A DNA stretch of 32,000 nt, from NCBI GenBank assembly GCA_001766815.1, contig LYOS01000007.1:13393-45392 (forward strand). Reading direction: 5' to 3'. Position 1 is the stretch's first letter. The number at the start of each line of letters is the position of its first letter. The position numbers and the translations under genes are program-made. The DNA comes from Candidatus Syntropharchaeum caldarium. Its GTDB lineage: Archaea; Halobacteriota; Syntropharchaeia; Syntropharchaeales; Syntropharchaeaceae. Positions 1-7,763 of the stretch are shown here, piece by piece. The notes beneath the pieces were generated by a model. The model did no database searches, was not told the origin of the DNA, and saw nothing but the letters and a program-made list of their open reading frames with translations.

Positions 1-1
1 T

Positions 2-1231
2 GCATCTGGCAGGATCTCTTATTATCTTGAGCGAAACTTCCTTGGATATGAGCGGATCGATGGGTTGATGGATGATCCATGGATCGAAGATATATCCTGT
101 GATGGTGTGGGTCTGCCAATATATCTATACCACAGGAAGTACCAGAATCTACCAACAAATATCTCATTTCAGGATGAGGAGACGCTCAATTCGTTCATCA
201 TTCGACTCGCACAGAAAGGCGGAAAACATATCTCAATCGGTGAACCGCTCGTGGATGCAACACTTCCCGATGGTTCAAGACTCCAGATAACGTACGGGCG
301 TGAGGTCACATCACACGGCTCAACGTTCACGATAAGAAAGTTCAGAGAAGATCCGTTCACCCCGCCCGAACTTATCAAAAATAACACCTTCTCGGTTGGG
401 ATGCTTGCATACCTCTGGCTCTGCATCGAGAACAGCAAGAGTCTGATCTTTGCTGGAGGAACTGCTTCTGGCAAGACTTCATCACTAAATGCGGTCTCGT
501 TCTTTATCCCACCGATGGCGAAGATCGTATCAATTGAGGATACACGGGAGATCACGCTCTACCATGAGAACTGGATCCCTGCTGTTACGAGAAACCCTGT
601 GACAAAAGGTGGTGAGGGCGAGGTTACGATGTTTGATCTCCTGAAGGCAGCGTTGAGGCAACGACCTGAGTATATACTACTGGGAGAGGTGAGAGGTGCA
701 GAGGCTTTAACGCTCTTTCAGGCGATGAATACAGGGCACACAACCTACTCAACGATCCATGCAGAGGACCCTCAGAGTGTTGTGAGCAGGCTTGAGAATG
801 AGCCGATCAACGTCCCGCCTGTGATGCTCCAGGCACTTGATATCATCGTGGTTCAGATCCAGACACGTCTTGGTGGGAAACGGGTGAGGCGTGCAAATAC
901 ACTTGTTGAGATCATCGGAATCGATCCGCAGACAAAGAATCTGAGGATAAATGAGCTCTTCAGATGGGATCCTGCAACAGACGACTTCACGCAGCTTGGC
1001 GACTCGCATAAGTTGCGGGAGATCATGAAAGAGCGGGCATGGACAAGGGATGAACTTATGGATGAACTTCATCGAAGGGAAAAAGTGCTTGAATGGATGG
1101 TCTGTGAGGATACTATGGACTACAGGAAGGTTGCAGAAGTTCTCCAGGCATACAATCTTGATCCTGAGCGTAGTGTGTCTGAAATCAAGGATGGGTGCGA
1201 ATATGCAGAACTCGACCTCCAGATTGTTTAG
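2..1231 (+). CDS. Type IV pilus/archaellum-type secretion ATPase (FlaI/ArlI-PilB-VirB11 superfamily), 5' end cut by window edge
   Basis: The frame is open from nt 2 (ASGRISYYLERNFLGYERIDGLMDDPWIEDISCDG, typical FlaI-family core), so the track's M at 65 is internal. Walker A GGTASGKTS, Walker B-like ILLGEVRG, His-box-like TGHTTYSTIHA. Confidence 0.9.
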   Translation, partial: ASGRISYYLERNFLGYERIDGLMDDPWIEDISCDGVGLPIYLYHRKYQNLPTNISFQDEETLNSFIIRLAQKGGKHISIGEPLVDATLPDGSRLQITYGREVTSHGSTFTIRKFREDPFTPPELIKNNTFSVGMLAYLWLCIENSKSLIFAGGTASGKTSSLNAVSFFIPPMAKIVSIEDTREITLYHENWIPAVTRNPVTKGGEGEVTMFDLLKAALRQRPEYILLGEVRGAEALTLFQAMNTGHTTYSTIHAEDPQSVVSRLENEPINVPPVMLQALDIIVVQIQTRLGGKRVRRANTLVEIIGIDPQTKNLRINELFRWDPATDDFTQLGDSHKLREIMKERAWTRDELMDELHRREKVLEWMVCEDTMDYRKVAEVLQAYNLDPERSVSEIKDGCEYAELDLQIV

Positions 1232-3071
1232 CATCGCTTACAGGATCTTTGGGGGAAGTGTGCAGAAAAAGGATCTTTCTGCGCTTTCGCTGGATCTGAG
1301 GCGAGCCAGGATCCCAATTCCAGCGGCAATCTACCTCTCAACCTCGAGACTCATCGCATCTTTCCTTGCAATCTTTGGGGGTTTCATCGGGGTTCTTGCA
1401 GGATATGCAATCGTTCCTTATCCTGATCTTGCAGGTTTCATTCTGATCCTATCTGCTGGATCACTCGGTGCGATTCTCTTCTATCTGCTCACGATGCGAA
1501 CATGCCTTGTGTACCCCACCTTCAGGATGAATACGAGGAAGATGAAGATAGAGAGAGGTCTGCTTCATGGGATAAACTACCTCTATGCGATGGCAAAAGG
1601 CGGAATGGGAATGATCGATGCTTTTCGATCTCTACATAGGCATGAGGAGGTATATGGCGAGTGTGCAGTAGAGGCAGGTTATATCGTAAGGGATGTTGAG
1701 TACTTCGGGCTTGACCTTAAAACCGCTCTTATGCGAGCATCGAAGAACACACCGTCCGAGAAGTTCAGGGATTTCATTGAGGGTTTGATCTCGGTGATGA
1801 ATACAGGTGGCTCGATCGAGAACTATCTTGCAACCAGGTCAGAGCAGTATCAGGAACTTGCAGAGGAGGATAATAATTTCTTTCTTGATACGCTTGGTAT
1901 GCTCGCAGAATGTTATGTTACGGTATTTGTTGCAGCACCATTATTTCTCATCACGATCGTCCTTGTTCTGGGGATGCTGAAATCAGGAACACTTCTGATA
2001 CTCGCTATCATCGTGTATGTCCTTATCCCAATCGGGACTTCACTCTTTATCATTCTGCTTGATGCAATCACAACCAGGACAGATGAAGAGGCACCATCCT
2101 TTATCAGGTTGAAAAAACTCAATGTATTTGATGACGTACACACCATCGAGGGAGATGGGGAAAGTATCGTTGATGCGTTGAAGTGGTATGCGAAGGTCGA
2201 GCGTATCAGGTTCTTCCTGCGCTCTCCATTCCGCTTCTTTATCGAGAAACCATACAGGAGTTTCTATATCTCACTCCCACTAACTCTCATCTATCTCCTC
2301 GAACTCCTGCACCCTTCATGGCAAATCCCAACAGACTTTGACCGCTCGATCTTCTATGCCACCATTCTCTTACTTCTTCCATACTCGCTATTCTTTGAGA
2401 TTAGAGCAAAGCGGATAAGGGATATTGAGAGGATGGTACCTGAGTTCTTGAGACGGCTTAAGAGCATAAATGAGACCGGGCTACATCTTGTCGATTCTAT
2501 ACGGGTTATGATCAGATCGAACATGGGGGTTTTAACAAGCGAGATAGTAAGGGTTGCAAGCTCGATTGAGTGGGGAAATACCGTTGGGGAAGCATTACGC
2601 AAGCTTGAGGTCAGGGTAAAGACAGGTGCATTATCAAGAGCGATCACGCTGCTTGTCGATGCAGATCGTGCAACAGGAAACCTGAGGGATATACTCTCTA
2701 TTGCAGCATTGAATGCTGAGATCATGCAGCGACTCAGGGAGCGGCGAAGTGCTGCGATGTCGATCTACCTTATAATCGTGTACATTACCTTTGCGGTATT
2801 CTTATTTACGATATACATAATAACGACGAAGTTTCTTGGTGGAATGCCCAAAATTCCGATTGAAGGTGCCGAAGAGTTCCTCTCAGTTGACTACGATCTC
2901 TCCCTCTATGAAAAGGTGCTCTTTCATGGATCACTCCTCCAGGGTTTCTTCTCAGGGATCGTTGGTGGACAGATGAGCTCAGGGAATCCATACAGTGGGA
3001 TCAAGCATGCAATTGTGATGATGATCGCAGCATATCTTGTCTTTGTGTTTCTGATATGGGGTGAAGGATGA
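1203..3071 (+). CDS. FlaJ/ArlJ/TadC-like polytopic membrane platform protein of a type IV pilus-like system
   Basis: Long ORF with many hydrophobic helices separated by two soluble T2SS-F-like segments, directly after the ATPase. The track start at 1050 lies inside the ATPase gene. ATG 1203 (alternative 1191) gives a short overlap with the ATPase stop at 1231. Its stop overlaps the next gene's start (ATGA at 3068-3071). Confidence 0.8.
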   Translation: MQNSTSRLFSIAYRIFGGSVQKKDLSALSLDLRRARIPIPAAIYLSTSRLIASFLAIFGGFIGVLAGYAIVPYPDLAGFILILSAGSLGAILFYLLTMRTCLVYPTFRMNTRKMKIERGLLHGINYLYAMAKGGMGMIDAFRSLHRHEEVYGECAVEAGYIVRDVEYFGLDLKTALMRASKNTPSEKFRDFIEGLISVMNTGGSIENYLATRSEQYQELAEEDNNFFLDTLGMLAECYVTVFVAAPLFLITIVLVLGMLKSGTLLILAIIVYVLIPIGTSLFIILLDAITTRTDEEAPSFIRLKKLNVFDDVHTIEGDGESIVDALKWYAKVERIRFFLRSPFRFFIEKPYRSFYISLPLTLIYLLELLHPSWQIPTDFDRSIFYATILLLLPYSLFFEIRAKRIRDIERMVPEFLRRLKSINETGLHLVDSIRVMIRSNMGVLTSEIVRVASSIEWGNTVGEALRKLEVRVKTGALSRAITLLVDADRATGNLRDILSIAALNAEIMQRLRERRSAAMSIYLIIVYITFAVFLFTIYIITTKFLGGMPKIPIEGAEEFLSVDYDLSLYEKVLFHGSLLQGFFSGIVGGQMSSGNPYSGIKHAIVMMIAAYLVFVFLIWGEG

Positions 3072-4666
3072 GGTTTATTCGGGATGAAAACGCGGTATCC
3101 GAGATCGTTGGTGAGATTCTGATGATAGGGGTTGTGGTAATCTCCTTCGGTCTCGTAACAACCTTTGTCTATACGTACCTGTCAGGACCTGATATTTCGC
3201 CAGGGATAGACGTAACGGGAATAGCAGATGATACGCTTGATATGATATATCTCAAGCACAGCGGTGGGGAGTGGGTTGGTGAGAACGAACTCAAGGTTAT
3301 CCTGCGGATAAACGATACAACCTACCAGTATAACTGCACGGATGAGTTCAGGCTCGGGGATGTGATCGAGATCAATACTTCAAGTGAGTATGGTCTTGAT
3401 CTCAGGCGGGGCGAAGAGGTAACGATCCTGCTTATTCATGTACCAACGGGACAGATCATATCCTCAGGCGAACTCGGATACAGGGCAGCAGACTGCTCTG
3501 AAGATTCAACACCCCCGTCATCGGTTACAAACCTCAGGAATACAACCTTTGAACCCTCATACATCATCTGGGCATGGGATAACCCGGCAGACGAGGATTA
3601 CTCACATGCAGAGGTCTACATCGATGGCATCTATCAGGGCACAACCTCTGCAAGCTGGTACAATGCAACAGGGTTTGATTCAGGGACGAGCCACACAATA
3701 TCACTCAGAACGGTCGATACCTGCGGGAATGTTGATGCAACATGGGTGAATGGTAGCGCGAGAACCTTCAGGCCCTGGTGGGATGCGGGATGGGGATACA
3801 GAAGACCAGTAAACATTACATCCTCTGATGCGCTCTCAGACCACCAGATCAGGTTTTATATTCCCTATGATAGCGATATGCAATCAGACTTTGATGATCT
3901 GCGGTTTACAACCCAGGATGATTCTCCGATACTCCACTGGCTTGAGCTTAAAAGTAATAGTAACTGGGCAAGTGTGTGGGTCAAGGTTCCGACAATCGCG
4001 GATGGAAACACCACGATATACATGTACTACGGGAATGCAAGCGCTGGGAACGCATCAAACACCGCGACGTTCGAGTTTTTTGATGACTTTGATGCCTGGA
4101 GTGGGTGGAGCGACTACGGGTCTGGGACGGTTGAATGGACGTCTTATGGCTCTGAGTACGTGCTTAAGAAGAACGGAAGCTGTGATCCAAGTGGAGGATG
4201 GAAGAGTCTCGGGATACAGGTTACAGACTATCGTCTGGTGACAAGAGAGCGAAGGGATGTTGAGGGGTCTGATTGTGGTATGGATCGTTATGGGATCGAA
4301 GATTCAAGCTACAACGGCTATAACATCTACAGGACTGCTTACACATCTGGATCCGGGAGCTTTGGGTTTGAGCGAAGAACAGGAGGGTCTTCCACGGGCA
4401 GATGGTACACAAGTCTCAGTCAGCCCTATAACAACTGGTACATCACAGAATTAAAACGAGATGGGTCAAATTTCAATGCATCGTTGTTTGATGGGGATGA
4501 CAGAGGTTATATCGGCTCGCAAACAGGGAGTGATTCAGTCCACTCAGGTCCATTTGACAGGGTTGTGATAAGGGGCGGGAGACCTTATTATGTTGACTGG
4601 ATTGCGCTTTGTAAGTACAGCATGCCTGAACCCACTTACGCGATAGGAGATGAGGAGGAATATTAG
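3068..4666 (+). CDS. Large pilin-like surface protein: class III (type IV pilin) signal peptide + FN3-like + DUF2341-like domain
   Basis: N-terminus MRFIRDENAVSEIVGEILMIGVVVISFGLV matches the archaeal pilin N-terminal pattern (charged residues, AVS, hydrophobic helix). The central WWDAGWGYRRPVNITS...DDLRFT...WVKVP...IYMYYGN resembles DUF2341. There are many N-x-S/T sequons. Confidence 0.75.
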   Translation: MRFIRDENAVSEIVGEILMIGVVVISFGLVTTFVYTYLSGPDISPGIDVTGIADDTLDMIYLKHSGGEWVGENELKVILRINDTTYQYNCTDEFRLGDVIEINTSSEYGLDLRRGEEVTILLIHVPTGQIISSGELGYRAADCSEDSTPPSSVTNLRNTTFEPSYIIWAWDNPADEDYSHAEVYIDGIYQGTTSASWYNATGFDSGTSHTISLRTVDTCGNVDATWVNGSARTFRPWWDAGWGYRRPVNITSSDALSDHQIRFYIPYDSDMQSDFDDLRFTTQDDSPILHWLELKSNSNWASVWVKVPTIADGNTTIYMYYGNASAGNASNTATFEFFDDFDAWSGWSDYGSGTVEWTSYGSEYVLKKNGSCDPSGGWKSLGIQVTDYRLVTRERRDVEGSDCGMDRYGIEDSSYNGYNIYRTAYTSGSGSFGFERRTGGSSTGRWYTSLSQPYNNWYITELKRDGSNFNASLFDGDDRGYIGSQTGSDSVHSGPFDRVVIRGGRPYYVDWIALCKYSMPEPTYAIGDEEEY

Positions 4667-6154
4667 ATGCTAAAAGATGAGGATGCAATCTCGGTCGTTC
4701 TATCGGTCGTTCTCTTACTCGGCGTGCTTGTTACAGTTCTTGGAATTGTTCATGTTACGTATCTCCCTGAGTGGCGAAAATCTGCTGAGGCAGATCACAT
4801 GGATGACATACTTGAGGATCTTGCAGATCTCAAATCAGGTATCGACCTCGTTGCAGCGGTCTCCCCGGATACATCGTGCACGGTTTCACAGAAGATGCGA
4901 CTTGGTGGCGGATCGATCCCTGTTATATCACCCCAAAAAAGTGGTGGAACACTCAGAACAGACCCATCCCTTCCAGATCTCTACATAACTGCGGATAACT
5001 ATACCGTGGCTTATGCCTTCCCAGATCTTGGCTCGATCGAGCTTGAAGTGGACAACCTCTATGCTCTGGATCGCATATATGTCTATGAGGACGGGGCACT
5101 GATCCTGAAGGAGGTTAATCGTTCAATAATGGTACTCTCCCCTGGTATAACCCTGCAAAAGTTTAATAACGGAACAAAGGCGCTCACCATTCAGGTCATC
5201 AATATGAGCCTTGAGAGTGAATCTGTTGCAGGCTCAGGTATTGAGGAGGTTTATTTCACATACACCTCGTCCACAACCCATCATGCAGGTACAACCTCGA
5301 ATGTGACGCTTACACTCACATCTGAGTACCTTGATGCATGGAAGGCTTTCTTCACCGATCGGGCAAAGAATGCTGGCTTTAATGCGACTGAGTTCAACGT
5401 GACCGCATCCCAGAATGTTGAGCTTGATATCTATGGAGATGTGTTACTCAACGTGGTTGAGGTTGATGGGGATGCACGGATAAGACCTGTGATCGAGGCG
5501 ATTGAGCCGACATGGACGCCTGGCGGTGGGATATCATGGGGTTGTGGAGGATGGTGGAAGCTTGATGCAGGGTCTGGCACAACAGCCACGGATAGTTCTG
5601 GAAATGATAATCACGGCACGATACATGGTGCAACATGGTCATCTGGATACCTGCACTTTGATGGCTCAAACGACTATGTCAGTATCCCTGACAACGACTC
5701 GCTTGAACCGCAGGATGCGATCACGCTTGCGGCATGGGTTAAATGGGAATGCGATCCATCCACAGGGCACAGTTGGGCAAATATCATCAGCAAGTACGGG
5801 GACAACCAGTATCTACTCCAGCATAACGTCAACAACCAGTACTTCGAGGTTGCTGTGCGAACAGATACAGGCAGGAGCTATACCTGGTCGAGCACAGAGC
5901 CACAGCAGGGCGTCTGGTACCATGTTACAGGGGTCTATGATAGTTCTGATGTTATAATCTATGTGAACGGGACACAGGAGAACTCAATGGGACGTACAGG
6001 AAATATCACGACCTCGTCATCGCCTGTGAACCTTGGAAGGCGGGCATGGAGTGGAGATCGGTACTTCAATGGCGTGATTTATGATGCGAGGATATATTGC
6101 CGTGCACTCACACCTTCTGAGATACAGGCACTCGCATCCTCACCACCACCATAA
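4667..6154 (+). CDS. Pilin-like protein with C-terminal LamG/concanavalin A-like lectin domain
   Basis: N-terminus MLKDEDAISVVLSVVLLLGVLVTVLGIV looks like a class III signal peptide. The C-terminal ~200 aa (GNDNHGTIHGATWSSGYLHFDGSNDYVSIPD...LAAWVKW...FNGVIYDARIYCRALTPSEIQAL) is a typical Laminin_G_3-type pattern. The ATG follows the upstream TAG directly, with a GAGGAGG SD-like motif at 4652-4658. Confidence 0.75.
   Translation: MLKDEDAISVVLSVVLLLGVLVTVLGIVHVTYLPEWRKSAEADHMDDILEDLADLKSGIDLVAAVSPDTSCTVSQKMRLGGGSIPVISPQKSGGTLRTDPSLPDLYITADNYTVAYAFPDLGSIELEVDNLYALDRIYVYEDGALILKEVNRSIMVLSPGITLQKFNNGTKALTIQVINMSLESESVAGSGIEEVYFTYTSSTTHHAGTTSNVTLTLTSEYLDAWKAFFTDRAKNAGFNATEFNVTASQNVELDIYGDVLLNVVEVDGDARIRPVIEAIEPTWTPGGGISWGCGGWWKLDAGSGTTATDSSGNDNHGTIHGATWSSGYLHFDGSNDYVSIPDNDSLEPQDAITLAAWVKWECDPSTGHSWANIISKYGDNQYLLQHNVNNQYFEVAVRTDTGRSYTWSSTEPQQGVWYHVTGVYDSSDVIIYVNGTQENSMGRTGNITTSSSPVNLGRRAWSGDRYFNGVIYDARIYCRALTPSEIQALASSPPP
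5405..5514 (+). repeat. 110-nt perfect direct repeat, copy 1 (inside the LamG-pilin gene, immediately before the LamG domain)
   Basis: Base-by-base comparison shows gcatcccagaatgttgagcttgatatctatggagatgtg...gaggcgattgagccgacatg is identical to 6879-6988. The flanks on both sides differ. Confidence 0.95.
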
Positions 6155-6158
6155 ACAG

Positions 6159-6989
6159 ATGATGAAAATGAGATATATCATGGATGATGCGGCAAACGTT
6201 ATCATTGTAGCAACCGTTCTACTTCTGGGACTGCTTGTAGCTGTGACTGCGATCATTAATGCAACATACATCCCTGAATGGAAGAGCGTGGCAGAGGCAG
6301 AGCAGATGGAGGAGGTCTGTGAGGATTTTAAGGATCTTAAAATGGGGATCGATATTGTTACATCCGCATTTCCTGATCGAGTGGTTGCATCATCCCATAT
6401 AATAGGGATGGGAGGGGGTGGAACACTCAGGACAGATCCGGATCTTCCTTCGGTATATATCGCAACCGATGACTATACGCAGACGATGGCGTTTGAGCAT
6501 CTTGGATCGATAAGTTTTGAGTCAGATAATCACCATGAGCTTGATCGCACGTACATCTATGAGAGCGGTGCTGTGATTGTGGAGGAGATAAACCGTTCGA
6601 TGATGAGACTCGCCCCAACAATTGATTTTACGAGATTTAACAACGGGACAAAGGCTGTAACAATGCGCATCATCAATATGAGCCTCGATGAAGAGGTGAT
6701 AACAGGTGATAAGATCGCCAATCTCGAACTCGTCCTCATCTCAGAGGATCTTGTATTCTCAGATAATGTCCTGAACATGAGCTTCACGATAACATCCAGA
6801 CACTCAGATGCATGGGAGGAGTTTCTGATAGAGCGTGCAACGTGTGCTGGTTTCAATGAGAGTGAATTTGATATAACAGCATCCCAGAATGTTGAGCTTG
6901 ATATCTATGGAGATGTGTTACTCAACGTGGTTGAGGTTGATGGGGATGCACGGATAAGACCTGTGATCGAGGCGATTGAGCCGACATGA
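6159..6989 (+). CDS. Pilin-like protein, LamG-less paralog of the N-terminal 283 aa of the preceding gene
   Basis: N-terminus MMKMRYIMDDAANVIIVATVLLLGLLVAVTAI looks like a class III signal. It aligns along its whole length with aa 1-283 of the 4667-6154 product (roughly half the residues identical by eye), and the last 37 aa are identical. The track start at 6081 lies inside the upstream gene; ATG 6159/6162/6168 follow its stop at 6152-6154. Confidence 0.7.
   Translation: MMKMRYIMDDAANVIIVATVLLLGLLVAVTAIINATYIPEWKSVAEAEQMEEVCEDFKDLKMGIDIVTSAFPDRVVASSHIIGMGGGGTLRTDPDLPSVYIATDDYTQTMAFEHLGSISFESDNHHELDRTYIYESGAVIVEEINRSMMRLAPTIDFTRFNNGTKAVTMRIINMSLDEEVITGDKIANLELVLISEDLVFSDNVLNMSFTITSRHSDAWEEFLIERATCAGFNESEFDITASQNVELDIYGDVLLNVVEVDGDARIRPVIEAIEPT
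6879..6988 (+). repeat. 110-nt perfect direct repeat, copy 2 (3' end of the LamG-less paralog)
   Basis: Identical to 5405-5514. Here the repeat ends in ...acatga (stop codon), whereas copy 1 continues ...acatgg into the LamG domain. Confidence 0.95.
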
Positions 6990-7037
6990 ACAGTAGTTTG
7001 ATGGGATGAAACCGCAGAAGTCACCAATCTCGAAAAT

Positions 7038-7481
7038 CTATGTGAAGAAGCTCTTGAACCACCGGGTAATGACTTTCTTCGCAGCGTCATATCCACCATC
7101 AAGATAAATCGCACCGATCAATGCTTCGAGCGTTTCTGCAAGAACTTTTGGCTCTTCGTTTGCTCTATGTTTTTTCTCTCCAGCACCCAGCTTAATGAAA
7201 GGTCCAATTCCAATATCTTGAGCAATCTTTGCAAGCCCTTCTTCTCTTTCAAGTCTTATCTTTTCGCTTGTTATCTCATCCCTTGTCTTACAGCCTGATT
7301 TTATCAATAGATCTACCAACACCGCTTTCAATATTGCATCGCCAAGGGTTCGATATATCTCCTGATCTTCGCAATCACGGTTCTGTTGTTTTGCTTCGAG
7401 CGCATGTGCCTTGCGTGTCAATGCACGATCAAGGAGCTCTTTGTTAGAGAACGAATAACCAAGATCTTTCTCGATTGTCAT
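7038..7481 (-). CDS. RNase III-domain-only protein (Mini-III-like), no dsRBD
   Basis: LGYSFSNKELLDRALT, YRTLGDAILKAVLVDLL (RNase III signature region) and AETLEALIGAIYLDGG (second catalytic region). The protein is ~147 aa, so there is no room for a dsRNA-binding domain. ATG at 7481; a GTG at 7490 is an alternative start. Confidence 0.7.
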   Translation of the reverse strand: MTIEKDLGYSFSNKELLDRALTRKAHALEAKQQNRDCEDQEIYRTLGDAILKAVLVDLLIKSGCKTRDEITSEKIRLEREEGLAKIAQDIGIGPFIKLGAGEKKHRANEEPKVLAETLEALIGAIYLDGGYDAAKKVITRWFKSFFT

Positions 7482-7530
7482 GTGGAACACACCATTAAAA
7501 TCATAGTCGTTTACAGGAGGAAAGTTGTTA

Positions 7531-7603
7531 GGCCGAGGTCGGGATTCGAACCCGAGTCAAAGGATCCACAGTCCTTTAGCATAACCACTAACCCACCCCG
7601 GCC
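7531..7603 (-). tRNA. tRNA-His (anticodon GTG) with genome-encoded G-1
   Basis: Reverse complement: GGCCGGGGTGGGTTAGTGGTTATGCTAAAGGACTGTGGATCCTTTGACTCGGGTTCGAATCCCGACCTCGGCC. It has an 8-bp acceptor stem including G-1:C73, an anticodon stem AAGGA/TCCTT with loop CTGTGGA, and a T arm TCGGG-TTCGAAT-CCCGA. CCA is not encoded. The D stem is imperfect. Confidence 0.9.
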
Positions 7604-7763
7604 ATTCCGTGAGATATATCGAATATTAATTTGGGGAGTGTATATAACCCTGTCGTTCAGGCTGCGTGGTTTGAGTGTTAAGAGGTCTATCGGAATTCTT
7701 TATATATCCTTGTGATGAATGTCTCTTTGATAACCTCTTATAATTATCAAATGGAGTGGTTCT

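Noticed and set aside
1050-1202. N-terminal extension of the FlaJ-like ORF given in the track
   Set aside because: The extension lies inside the ATPase gene in another frame. The hydrophilic junk sequence (MNLWMNFIEGKKCLNGW...) is unlike the family N-terminus, and ATG 1191/1203 are better starts.
169-1234. Minus-strand ORFs of 128 aa and 161 aa
   Set aside because: Both are antisense to the FlaI-type ATPase gene, whose conservation explains the open frames. No motifs were seen.
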